From Thermofilaceae archaeon (lineage in GTDB: Archaea > Thermoproteota > Thermoprotei > Thermofilales > Thermofilaceae), in contig JALSNQ010000006.1 of NCBI GenBank assembly GCA_026986905.1, positions 23,634 through 87,633 of the forward strand: a stretch of DNA of 64,000 nt, read 5' to 3'. A program made the translations under genes and the position numbers. Below, one piece after another: positions 1 to 8,979 of the stretch (its first letter is position 1; every line of letters starts with the position of its first letter). The notes beneath the pieces were generated by a model. The model was not told the origin of the DNA. It ran no database searches and saw nothing but the letters and a program-made list of their open reading frames with translations.

Positions 1-158
1 AAGGAACTTTGGTTGTCTTTCTGCAGCCCCACCCCAAGATACTCGACAAAGGCTTGGCCATCGGCCCGTTCGCCAAGGGGGACATAGCCTATATTCCGAA
101 AAAGTTTGCTAGGGAACTGGAAGAAAAGGGTATAGTCGAGGTACTGGGGGGAGATTAG
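1..158 (+). CDS. 3' end of a CDS truncated by the window edge (product unknown)
   Basis: The frame is open from the window edge to TAG at 156-158. The C-terminal peptide is ...GPFAKGDIAYIPKKFARELEEKGIVEVLGGD. No diagnostic motif was recognised. Confidence 0.3.
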   Translation, partial: GTLVVFLQPHPKILDKGLAIGPFAKGDIAYIPKKFARELEEKGIVEVLGGD

Positions 159-208
159 TAGGCGTGGCTTTAATAGGGAGGCATTGTTGATGAGAGTAGG
201 GTGATATA

Positions 209-637
209 GTGGGCGAGATAGACTACATGGAGCTTCTGGAGAGGGCGTACAAGAATCTCCCGGAAAAGAGGCTTGATGCAGCTGCGACGGAGCGTTTTAC
301 GCTGCCAAGATTTGAAGTCGTCATCTCGGGGAAGCGCACGTTTATAACCAACTTTAAGAAGGTGGCTGACACGCTGAATAGAAAGCCTGAAATCATTTTG
401 CGTTATATACTAAAGGAGATAGGTGCGCCCGGCGTTGTAGAGGACCAGATGGCTGTTATACAGGGCGAGGTCTCCCCGAAAACTCTGAATCTCCTGCTAA
501 ACAGGTTCTATGAAATGTATGTGAAATGCCCTGTATGTGGCAGCCCGGATACAAAGCTTGTTAAGGAGCGTAAACGCAAGTACATGTATATTGAATGCAT
601 GGCGTGCGGGGCTAAGTCTCCGGTGAAGCCGATTTAG
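209..637 (+). CDS. eif2b: translation initiation factor aIF2 beta subunit
   Basis: 142 aa. Has the aIF2-beta layout with a C-terminal zinc ribbon, CPVCGSPDT...CMACGA. GTG start; an in-frame ATG follows 6 codons downstream. Confidence 0.85.
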   Translation: MGEIDYMELLERAYKNLPEKRLDAAATERFTLPRFEVVISGKRTFITNFKKVADTLNRKPEIILRYILKEIGAPGVVEDQMAVIQGEVSPKTLNLLLNRFYEMYVKCPVCGSPDTKLVKERKRKYMYIECMACGAKSPVKPI

Positions 638-1676
638 AACCTTTTTTCTCGGCCTCTCCCAATAGATATTCTCTGAGAACGTCTAGGTTGTAGTTATTCA
701 GGGCGGATACCTGGAAATCTTCTTTCCCGAAAAGTCTCCTAGCGCGTAAAATATCTTCTTCGGATGAAACGTCTATCTTATTGTAGATGAGGACGACAGG
801 CGTGTCTATAAAGTTGCCTACTATTTCATCGTACACTTTTTTCTGGTACTCTATGGGGAATCCGCATTTTTCGCTGGGGTCTACTATGAAGAGGATTATG
901 TCGGCGAGGTATCTCATTGCCAGAATGGCCTGTCTTTCTATCCTGTTTTTCCTTGAAAGAGGCGTGTCCAAGAGTCCGGGCGTGTCCAGCAGCTGAACCC
1001 TAGCGTTCCGAGATATTATGTGGCCGACAATTATGCTCTTAGTAGTGAAGGGATAGGGTTTTATCTCCGGCTTCGCCCTGGTAAGCGCCTTTAATAGGGA
1101 AGATTTTCCAACATTTGGGGCGCCGGCGATCACCCCCGTGTATGCGTCAAGTTCCACCTCGGGCAGTTTTATTATAACTTGCTGGGCTTTCCTAAGTTTT
1201 TTAAGGCAGGGAGAAGCTCTTTTCAGAACGGAGAGTGTTCTACCGAAGAATGAGCGCTTAGCGAGATATACCTCCTTTTCTTCCTTTGCCGTCATCACTT
1301 TTTTCCTGCATTCCCTATAGATTTTTGCAATTATTTTTTCCGACGAAGCTATCTGTGATAAACATATTTTGTATTCATCTATATTCACGTTTATCTCTAT
1401 GAGAGCTCTGTAAAACGGATGTAGTTCCCTAACATAGGGGGTAGACGTGTATATTTTTCTCAAAATAACGGACAAGTAATTGTATGCTCTACCTAAGCAG
1501 TCGAGTATTTTTGATTTTTTTCTCTTTAACCGGTTTTTTACGCCTGGTGTGGGTGCTTTTCTACACTCTCTGACCGCTTTTTCGAAAAGCGGTTCATGGG
1601 AGGGAGGAGCCAGTACTATTCTCTTCTTATTCAACGGCTTATAGCGCTCTTCTTCCACGATTCTTCCAGTCTTCAT
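612..1676 (-). CDS. NOG1-family GTP-binding protein
   Basis: G1 GAPNVGKSS, G3 DTPGLLD and G4 NKID motifs, with a NOG1-like N-terminal helical region. Confidence 0.8.
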   Translation of the reverse strand: MKTGRIVEEERYKPLNKKRIVLAPPSHEPLFEKAVRECRKAPTPGVKNRLKRKKSKILDCLGRAYNYLSVILRKIYTSTPYVRELHPFYRALIEINVNIDEYKICLSQIASSEKIIAKIYRECRKKVMTAKEEKEVYLAKRSFFGRTLSVLKRASPCLKKLRKAQQVIIKLPEVELDAYTGVIAGAPNVGKSSLLKALTRAKPEIKPYPFTTKSIIVGHIISRNARVQLLDTPGLLDTPLSRKNRIERQAILAMRYLADIILFIVDPSEKCGFPIEYQKKVYDEIVGNFIDTPVVLIYNKIDVSSEEDILRARRLFGKEDFQVSALNNYNLDVLREYLLGEAEKKGSKSASPET

Positions 1677-1748
1677 GGCTACTACTAGCTTTAGCAGTTG
1701 CTATTTCGGTGTTAAATTGTTGTGGCGAAAATAGTTGAGGGGCCATGA

Positions 1749-2849
1749 ATGCTGTTAAAGCTAGCCCGTGCAGCTTTTCTTTCACGGCTTCTTCCAATGA
1801 ATGCGCTTAGCGGAGACTTGGCGGCATTTACTCCTTTTGCGCTCTTTCCACCAGAGGTTGACGAAAAGGGCTGGTTCCTGGGGCGCGATGAGCTTGGGAG
1901 ACCCATTTTCCTTGACGTGGAGAAGCTTCCAAGCATGCATGGTGTCGTACTGGGGACTACTGGAAGCGGTAAAAGCACGCTGGCCAGGCATATATCTCTC
2001 GAGGCCTGGAAGAGTGGGGTGAACGTATGGGTTATTGATCCTCACGGCGAAGAGGAGTATAGGAGGCTGATTGTTGAACGTATGGGAGGTGTAGAGATAG
2101 ACCTGAGCATGCAGGGTTTCGACGTTACGAACCATGAGGGTTGGGTTTTAGGAGATTACGCGCAGACATTAGCGGAGATTGTTGCGTCCAGTTATGGCGT
2201 GCCAGCCATGTTTTCCTTTTCCCTTAAGGATGGTATATTGAGGTATCTGAGCCGTGGGGAACGCGACGCGCTTCTCTCTCCGTTATTGAGTTTCAATGGA
2301 GAACTAAGGATTAGTGAATTGGTTGGAAAAAACGTCTATGTTACTATGAGGGGTGAAAAGGGCCGGGTCTCTCTGCAGAGGATGAGAATCGGGGTTCAAG
2401 TCTTACTTGCAAGGCTAGATGGGATAATGAGGAGCCGCGCCCCCACCCATGCAGCAAAGCTTCTCATAGTAGTAGATGAGGCGCATAACCTCTTCCAGTT
2501 ATATGAGGGAAGTTTTCTAAGCCAGCTTTATAGGGAGTCCAGGAAGTTTGGATACAGCATCTTATCTCTCGTCCAGATACCCTCCTTTTTGCCGGAAGAC
2601 ATATACTCCTTGGCGGGCTTCATGGTGTATCTGAGCGGCCCCAAAGAGTATGTAGAGGAACTTGCCAGGTATAGTTACTTAACTAGGGAAAACATTGAGT
2701 GGCTTCTCTATAGGGTAAGGGGCAATGCTGTGCTGACGCGCCAAGGGGATCCTAGGCCTCGGAATATAGTCTTGGAACCTGCCCCAGAAGCACTCGGCTT
2801 AGGGGCATACGGGTCACTTCGACGCAGCTCGGGGGGCTTTCCCGGCTAA
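1749..2849 (+). CDS. HerA/FtsK-superfamily P-loop ATPase (DUF87-like)
   Basis: Walker A GTTGSGKST and Walker B LLIVVDEAHNL. No NurA partner is adjacent. Confidence 0.6.
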   Translation: MLLKLARAAFLSRLLPMNALSGDLAAFTPFALFPPEVDEKGWFLGRDELGRPIFLDVEKLPSMHGVVLGTTGSGKSTLARHISLEAWKSGVNVWVIDPHGEEEYRRLIVERMGGVEIDLSMQGFDVTNHEGWVLGDYAQTLAEIVASSYGVPAMFSFSLKDGILRYLSRGERDALLSPLLSFNGELRISELVGKNVYVTMRGEKGRVSLQRMRIGVQVLLARLDGIMRSRAPTHAAKLLIVVDEAHNLFQLYEGSFLSQLYRESRKFGYSILSLVQIPSFLPEDIYSLAGFMVYLSGPKEYVEELARYSYLTRENIEWLLYRVRGNAVLTRQGDPRPRNIVLEPAPEALGLGAYGSLRRSSGGFPG

Positions 2850-2902
2850 AAGGGAGTATATAATAGTGAGGAGGTGGAAAATAGAGCCGAGGTGGAGGCA
2901 AT

Positions 2903-3304
2903 ATGTCCACAAAGCCAGTAGAAGCTGGAAGCATAAAGACCGGCTCCTTCGTGGTCATAGACGGTGAGCCCTGTAAAGTCGTTGAAATAGAGAAATCGAA
3001 GCCTGGAAAGCATGGCTCCGCTAAGGCTAGAATAGTGGGGATAGGTATTTTTGACGGAGTAAAGCGTACCCTCATAGTACCTACAAGCGCCAAGGTGGAC
3101 GTACCACTAGTCAGGAAATTTAATGCCCAGGTTATAGCCATTCTCGGAGACACTGTTCAGCTGATGAGCCTCGAAGACTACACCACATTTGAGGTTCCCA
3201 TGCCAGAGGACGAGGATCTTCGAAACAGGCTTGTAGAGGGAGCAGAAGTCGAGGTATGGGAGATAATGGGTAGGTATAAGATACAGAGAGTCCGCGGTCA
3301 GTGA
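2903..3304 (+). CDS. eif5a: translation initiation factor aIF5A
   Basis: Hypusine loop [13 protein letters not shown], with SH3-like and OB domains. 133 aa. Confidence 0.95.
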   Translation: MSTKPVEAGSIKTGSFVVIDGEPCKVVEIEKSKPGKHGSAKARIVGIGIFDGVKRTLIVPTSAKVDVPLVRKFNAQVIAILGDTVQLMSLEDYTTFEVPMPEDEDLRNRLVEGAEVEVWEIMGRYKIQRVRGQ

Positions 3305-3396
3305 TGGGTTACCATGCATATTTTGCTCATCCAAACTCCGCTGGTTTGAAAACCCAACATATTTTCGCCTATATGTGAAGTCCTGTTAACCTAGTG

Positions 3397-3403
3397 TTTA
3401 TAA
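3397..3403 (+). promoter_or_regulatory. TATA-like box upstream of cydA
   Basis: TTTATAA lies about 55 nt upstream of the cydA ATG. A GGTGGGA Shine-Dalgarno-like element is at 3449-3455. Confidence 0.4.
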
Positions 3404-3421
3404 CAAAATATTGTATCTTAT

Positions 3422-3438
3422 TACTGTAAAATACAGTA
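3422..3438. promoter_or_regulatory. perfect 7-3-7 palindrome TACTGTA-AAA-TACAGTA between TATA box and cydA start (candidate operator)
   Basis: Seen directly in the sequence. It is positioned where transcription would start, about 25 nt downstream of the TATA-like box. Confidence 0.4.
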
Positions 3439-3457
3439 TCCTTTTAACGGTGGGAGA

Positions 3458-5092
3458 ATGAACCCTCTAGCTCAATGGGCTAGCTACGCCGCCTCATGGG
3501 ACAGGTTACTATCAATGATAGGAATAGAAATTCACTGGATAATACTGCAATACGTACTAGGTTTCTCATTCATAGTATTCCTCTTACTACTAATACATTG
3601 GAAAACTGGAAACAAGCACTACTTCAAGTTGGCTAGAACCCTCACCAAGGCCGTAGGCCTAGTATTTGCAGTAGGTGCAGCCACGGGTACAGCCTCTGAG
3701 TTCGGGCTAGTACTGCTATGGCCCAACCTAACCGAGGCGGCTGGCCGCTACATATACTTCCCCCTATACGCGGAGATATTCGCATTTCTCATGGAGGTAG
3801 TATTCATCTACCTACTTGTTTTCGGATGGAGCAAGCTTTCTCCAAAGGCGAGGATAGCTGTGGCGCTGCTAGCTTTCGTAGGAGCCTGGTACTCGGCCTC
3901 CATGATTGTGAGCGTTAACAGCTACATGGTTGCACCCACGGGGATAGTGGCGGCCTACGACCCGCTAAGCGGGTGGAAATACAACCAGGGATACCCCAAG
4001 ATAATGCTAGTCGTACCCAGCAACATTGTCGCCGCCCTGAACGTGCCGAAGCTGCAGAGTCTCGGAATGGAGGTTGTCGGTAAAACAAGCGACGCCGTAA
4101 TAGTTTTAATGCCGTCAAAGATAGTGCAGAGACTCGCATGGGAAGCCTGGAATAACGTCTACGTAAAAGACAGCATATTAATGCTTGTTCTCAACGATGC
4201 CGCTAAAAACAACGCGGCGCTCCTCCATACACCTGTGAAAAACATTGTGGACACAATACTTGTAAAGACCGTAGAACACGTGGGGCCATACACAGTCACC
4301 TTTATGTCACCGGTCTACCCGGGGAGTATCCTCCATGCCCTGGGTGCGGCGTTAACAGTGTCCGGGTTCACACTTATCGGTGCATACGGCTTCAGGCTGT
4401 TAACCGCAAAAGACGAAAAATACAAGAAGTACGTGGAAGACGCCTTCAAATTTGCAGTATACTTCTCCCTAATAGTAATAATTCTCCAGGGCCTCGTCTT
4501 CGGCCACATAATGGGAGAGGAGATAGCCCACTATAATCCCGAGAAGCTTGCGGCGATGGAAGGCACGAGCAGCAAGATACTTAGTCTCTCCGCTCTCACA
4601 GGCTCAGAGAAGCTGATGCCTCTCATAATATACGGCAACCCGAACGCGAAGATGCCTATCTACGATCAGATACCTAAGAACTATTGCTACCTACAGCCAA
4701 GACCCGGCCTACAGGACTGCAGGCCGCCCCTCATCATCCACTACATCTATTATACCAAGATAGGGCTAGGAGTCCTTCTAGGCCTAGACACGCTCATTCT
4801 AGCCTTCCTGCTGATACGCGGCATGAGCATGCCGAAATGGCTGCTTGAATTAAACATCGCCTCGCCCATAGTGGCCCACATCGTAAGCTTCTTTGGATGG
4901 GCAACCAGGGAGATAGGTAGAAAGCCGTGGACAATATATGGTGTCATGACGGTAGACGTGGCTCATACGCCGAACCCCGCGCCACCCGCACTAGTGGCTA
5001 TAATCGCGCTTTACTTTATCGGGATAATCATTGCACTAGGCGTTGCTGTGTGGAAGCTGATTTACATTCCATCACTTAAGGAGGAGGTGTAA
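3458..5092 (+). CDS. cydA: cytochrome bd-type quinol oxidase subunit I (CydA family), atypical
   Basis: C-terminal signature GWATREIGRKPWTIYG matches the GWxxxExGRQPW type. KLAAMEG motif, N-terminal His (IEIHWII) and a His in ILHALGAAL are present. Multi-TM protein. Confidence 0.85.
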   Translation: MNPLAQWASYAASWDRLLSMIGIEIHWIILQYVLGFSFIVFLLLLIHWKTGNKHYFKLARTLTKAVGLVFAVGAATGTASEFGLVLLWPNLTEAAGRYIYFPLYAEIFAFLMEVVFIYLLVFGWSKLSPKARIAVALLAFVGAWYSASMIVSVNSYMVAPTGIVAAYDPLSGWKYNQGYPKIMLVVPSNIVAALNVPKLQSLGMEVVGKTSDAVIVLMPSKIVQRLAWEAWNNVYVKDSILMLVLNDAAKNNAALLHTPVKNIVDTILVKTVEHVGPYTVTFMSPVYPGSILHALGAALTVSGFTLIGAYGFRLLTAKDEKYKKYVEDAFKFAVYFSLIVIILQGLVFGHIMGEEIAHYNPEKLAAMEGTSSKILSLSALTGSEKLMPLIIYGNPNAKMPIYDQIPKNYCYLQPRPGLQDCRPPLIIHYIYYTKIGLGVLLGLDTLILAFLLIRGMSMPKWLLELNIASPIVAHIVSFFGWATREIGRKPWTIYGVMTVDVAHTPNPAPPALVAIIALYFIGIIIALGVAVWKLIYIPSLKEEV

Positions 5093-5095
5093 GCC

Positions 5096-6292
5096 ATGGG
5101 TGTGAGCGAGTTCTTCCTCGCATTCGTGTTTGGCATACACATTGTAATGGTTAACATAGGCATAGCGCTGGCCACGCTCATACCATACCTAGAGTGGAAG
5201 TCGCTGAAACTCGGAGACAACAAGCTCCTTGAGAACGCCAAGAGGCTCTTCAAGATCTACGCGGCTACATACGGCATCGCGGGGGTGTTCGGCACGGCAT
5301 ATACAGTATTCCTCCTCAGCTACTATCCAGAGTTTATAGGCATAGCTGGAAGCGTTACTCTCTACCTCTTCGGCATAGCGATACTATTCATAGTATTACA
5401 CTTCCTCTGCATAGTGACCTACTGGTACGGATGGGGACGCTTCAGCGACACCACGCACCTCTTTATAGGAGGCCTACTAGCCTTCTCCGCCTATATGATA
5501 CCCTTCGGCTTCCGCTCGGTATTCGCATTCCTCAACTTGCCAGCGGGGCTTGAGATAGTTGGGCCATCTAAGCTAGGGCTAAACCTGGCGGCAGCCCTAG
5601 CCAACCCCACATTCCTTCCTCTCTACCTGAAATCCATCGTGGGAGCGCTGATAACGGGCTTCCTCTTCGTGGCGGCGATTTACGCCTATAAGAAGTATAA
5701 AGGCGAGCTAGACGACCCAGTATATGAGCAGGAGCTCATAATCAAGCCTGCAAGAACGTCATTCTACCTCCTCCTAATCCAAGCAGCCCTAGGCTTCTGG
5801 TATATTGGTAGTCTCACACAAGTGCCGTACAAGTTTAACAACATATTCGCCGCGCTTGGAATGAAAATACAGGGGCCAGGCCCAGCTCTAAACCTTTCCT
5901 GGCTCTTCATACTCAAGATGCTCTTCGTAGCTATACAGTTTGCAGCGCTGGCCTATGTCCTTACAACCTGTAAGACGGGGCTTACCGTGAAGGATCTCGA
6001 AATGATTAAGCTAGCTGCAGCATCGGCCGTATTAGGCCTACTCTCCGGCGAGTACCTTAACGCCTTTAGCCAGTACCCATACTTCGTGGCCGCACTGCCC
6101 CAGATAGCGGACAAAGTCCCTGAACCATGGAGAACCGTACTAGCCAGAGCACTAGACTTGCGCAAAGCGAATCCCCTCACCACTGATCCGGGTCTAATAG
6201 CCTTCACAGCGGTTTTCCTAGCTGTCTTGCTAGCAGCAGTGATTTACTTCATCTACGTGATATTTATCAAAGAGGAGAAAAATAACCAGTAA
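5096..6292 (+). CDS. cydB: cytochrome bd-type oxidase subunit II (CydB-like)
   Basis: Polytopic membrane protein of 398 aa, starting 4 nt after the cydA stop. This is the classic cydAB arrangement. Confidence 0.7.
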   Translation: MGVSEFFLAFVFGIHIVMVNIGIALATLIPYLEWKSLKLGDNKLLENAKRLFKIYAATYGIAGVFGTAYTVFLLSYYPEFIGIAGSVTLYLFGIAILFIVLHFLCIVTYWYGWGRFSDTTHLFIGGLLAFSAYMIPFGFRSVFAFLNLPAGLEIVGPSKLGLNLAAALANPTFLPLYLKSIVGALITGFLFVAAIYAYKKYKGELDDPVYEQELIIKPARTSFYLLLIQAALGFWYIGSLTQVPYKFNNIFAALGMKIQGPGPALNLSWLFILKMLFVAIQFAALAYVLTTCKTGLTVKDLEMIKLAAASAVLGLLSGEYLNAFSQYPYFVAALPQIADKVPEPWRTVLARALDLRKANPLTTDPGLIAFTAVFLAVLLAAVIYFIYVIFIKEEKNNQ

Positions 6293-6315
6293 AATATATG
6301 TAAAATTAAAATATA

Positions 6316-7116
6316 TTATTTATTTTTTAAAACGAGTAATTTTAAAACAATTACTTCGTATCTATCTGCTACACGTCTCCACAGAGGGGTCTCCCAGCCC
6401 CTAAGGGACACTTTAACCATATAGCCGCAACAACTTGTTTCATCCCTCAGCGAGAGGTCGGCCGCTACACTATAGGGTATCTTCTTACATATGAGACCAT
6501 CAACTATCGTCTCCTCGAAGACGCCGAGCTCCCCGTAAAGCCTCTCCCCGCACAGCACGCCGCAATCCTTATATACGGTTAACCCTCTGACAAGTCCTAT
6601 CCTGCCTTCTTTAAACCTCACCGGGACACCGTCTAGCAGGCCATATACGCCCTCACCGCATTTCTCCTCACGGCGCCATGCATATTCGCCGGGCCGTATA
6701 CGGGGAACATACTCTCCGTCCAGTACGATGTATTCCCTAATAACCTGTGTTCTCCCCGTCTCGAATGACAGCGACACGTGAGGGTCGCCGTATTTGCCGC
6801 GCAGCCTTATAACTCTGACTATGGCCTCACCTAACCCTAGCAGGGCCTTAGATATACACCTGAGTACTGGGTCGCGGTACACGACCTCGCGTATACCATC
6901 ATACAGCTTGTCCTTCTCCCACACTTCGACGAAGTGTCCGCCATAGTACCCGTAGATCCCGAGTCGTGGGTTATCTTCTCGAGGAAAAATGTATGCCTCG
7001 ATGGCGTCGCCCCTTATAAGGACGGCGTAGCCCCCTCTGCATTCTAAGCCGAGCCCGCAGGCCCTTGCAGCCGCCTCCGCTATCCCACACACAGTTCCCT
7101 CCTCGATATAGGGCAT
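6316..7116 (-). CDS. conserved-looking hypothetical protein, Cys-rich
   Basis: About 266 aa with no motif recognised. The ORF track starts at TTG 7119; an ATG follows one codon later at 7116. Divergent from the flavodiiron gene. Confidence 0.5.
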   Translation of the reverse strand: MPYIEEGTVCGIAEAAARACGLGLECRGGYAVLIRGDAIEAYIFPREDNPRLGIYGYYGGHFVEVWEKDKLYDGIREVVYRDPVLRCISKALLGLGEAIVRVIRLRGKYGDPHVSLSFETGRTQVIREYIVLDGEYVPRIRPGEYAWRREEKCGEGVYGLLDGVPVRFKEGRIGLVRGLTVYKDCGVLCGERLYGELGVFEETIVDGLICKKIPYSVAADLSLRDETSCCGYMVKVSLRGWETPLWRRVADRYEVIVLKLLVLKNK

Positions 7117-7143
7117 CAATATATCCTAGGCGGGGTTGAATAC

Positions 7144-8349
7144 ATGATAAAAATGCCTCGCGTCCATGTTGATGAAATAGTCCCGGATGTTTATGTTCTC
7201 CGTGTAGACGATGAAGAAACAAGGTTCTTTGAAGCCCTCTGGGAGATCCCGGAAGGCATAACGTACAACGCGTACCTAGTACTTGGCGGCGAGAAGAACG
7301 TGCTCATAGATGGCTGGAAAGGCAGCTACGGCGAGCTGTTTATGGAAACGTTGAGGCGCATTGTAGAGCCTGAAAGCATCGATTATATAGTCGTGAACCA
7401 CATGGAACCTGACCATACCGGCACCCTGCCTCTCATGCACGCCAGCGCTAGCCACGCGGTCATACTAGGCCACCCGCTTGCCGCAAAAATGGCGGGGTCG
7501 TTTTACGGGATTAGAGATAGAATAAAACCTGTCAGAGACTTAGAGGAGGTAGACCTTGGAGGAAGAAGAATGGTGTTTCACTACACGCCGTGGCTGCACT
7601 GGCCGGAGACGATGATGACGCTGCTCAGCCCTGATAACATACTATTTTCCTGCGACGCCTTCGGGGGCTACTCGGCGCCGCCTAGCATATATGATGACGG
7701 CGACTGGGAAACATACTCCTATTACGCTAAGAAGTACCTGTTCACCGTTATAGGCGCATACATAGACCATATCGCAAAAAATCTGGAAAAACTTGAGAAG
7801 CGTGGCGTAAAGCCGTCGATAGTTGCCCCCGCACACGGCCTTATTTTTAGGAAAAACCCAGAAAAAATAGTCAAACTTTACGGCGAACTGGCAGCCGGCA
7901 AAACCATGCATCGAAAAGTAGCCGTAATATACGACTCGATGTACGGCTTCGTCGAGGAGCAGGTGTACGAGGCTGTAGCAGGGCTAAAACAGCTAGGAGC
8001 CACCGTTAGCGTGCACCGCTTAGTAGACGACTATCGGTCGACTATAGCCGACTTTATAGGAGAAGCTGGCGACGCCGAAGCCATAATTGTGGGGGCTTCC
8101 ACCTACGAGGCTGGCGTCTTCCCCCTGATCGAATACGTGGTTGACATTTTCCTGAAAAAGATAAGGCGTCCGAAGAAGGTGTTGATAATATCGTCATATG
8201 GATGGGGTGGGGTTGCCGGCAAGAGGCTGGCAAAGAAGTTTAGTGAGGCAGGCCACGAGGTCGTGGCAGTTGTAGAAAACAGGGGTAAAATAGGCGAAGA
8301 TGGGAAGAAGACCCTGAGGGAAGCCTTGGCTAGGCTATTGGAACACTAG
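7144..8349 (+). CDS. fprA: flavodiiron protein (FprA-type O2/NO reductase)
   Basis: Metallo-beta-lactamase di-iron motif HMEPDHTG, plus a C-terminal flavodoxin domain (KVAVIYDSMYG). Confidence 0.85.
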   Translation: MIKMPRVHVDEIVPDVYVLRVDDEETRFFEALWEIPEGITYNAYLVLGGEKNVLIDGWKGSYGELFMETLRRIVEPESIDYIVVNHMEPDHTGTLPLMHASASHAVILGHPLAAKMAGSFYGIRDRIKPVRDLEEVDLGGRRMVFHYTPWLHWPETMMTLLSPDNILFSCDAFGGYSAPPSIYDDGDWETYSYYAKKYLFTVIGAYIDHIAKNLEKLEKRGVKPSIVAPAHGLIFRKNPEKIVKLYGELAAGKTMHRKVAVIYDSMYGFVEEQVYEAVAGLKQLGATVSVHRLVDDYRSTIADFIGEAGDAEAIIVGASTYEAGVFPLIEYVVDIFLKKIRRPKKVLIISSYGWGGVAGKRLAKKFSEAGHEVVAVVENRGKIGEDGKKTLREALARLLEH

Positions 8350-8358
8350 TTTTTATAG

Positions 8359-8979
8359 TTATAGTTTGAAGTTGAAATAAATATCTAGCAATTTAGCTAC
8401 CACATATGTGAGCGAAACAGCCGCTACTATGGCTAAAGAATAGAAGGCGAAACCCACTAGGCCTAGTAGAAATACTATGAAAAGCCTCACGTCCCTCGAC
8501 GCAAACATTGGTACGCGGCCTATCTTTGAGGGATGAACGCCCAGGCTGGCCTCCCCCCGCGCGTGAAGGTAGCTCACCATAATATCGCCGAGAAGCGCTA
8601 AGAGGCCTAAAACGACCGCCGGCATGCCCCACTCTTCATAGGCCCACAGCGTTATTCCACAGATAACGGCGGCGTCGGCGAATCTGTCCAGCATGGCGTC
8701 TATGAACCCCCCAAGGCTAGAGGCCGTGTTCCTGGCGCGAGCAAGCTCCCCGTCAACCCCGTCTATAATTGATGAGGCCTCCACCAAGATGCCGCCGACC
8801 GCCTGTTGGCCCAGGTAAAACGCCAGCCCGGCAGCGACGGCTAGCAGGAAGCTCCCAAGTGATACCTGGTTCGGCGTTATGGGAATGTTCCTGTTCAGAA
8901 TGAACCTCGTAATCCTATGTGAAAACCACCTGTTGATCATCCTAGACACAGGGCCATCAGTACTTTTCCCCAACTCCAT
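8359..8979 (-). CDS. CDP-alcohol phosphatidyltransferase, probable di-myo-inositol-phosphate-phosphate synthase (DIPPS)
   Basis: Motif DGVDGELARx8GGFIDAMLDRFAD (DGx2ARx8Gx3Dx3D) in a membrane protein. It overlaps the upstream cytidylyltransferase gene by 23 nt. Confidence 0.7.
   Translation of the reverse strand: MELGKSTDGPVSRMINRWFSHRITRFILNRNIPITPNQVSLGSFLLAVAAGLAFYLGQQAVGGILVEASSIIDGVDGELARARNTASSLGGFIDAMLDRFADAAVICGITLWAYEEWGMPAVVLGLLALLGDIMVSYLHARGEASLGVHPSKIGRVPMFASRDVRLFIVFLLGLVGFAFYSLAIVAAVSLTYVVAKLLDIYFNFKL

Noticed and set aside
186-200. UGAUGA (C-box-like) upstream of the aIF2-beta gene, and GUGAUGG at 3300-3306.
   Set aside because: No D box occurs at a suitable distance. The sequences sit in a ribosome-binding and start region and at a stop codon, respectively.
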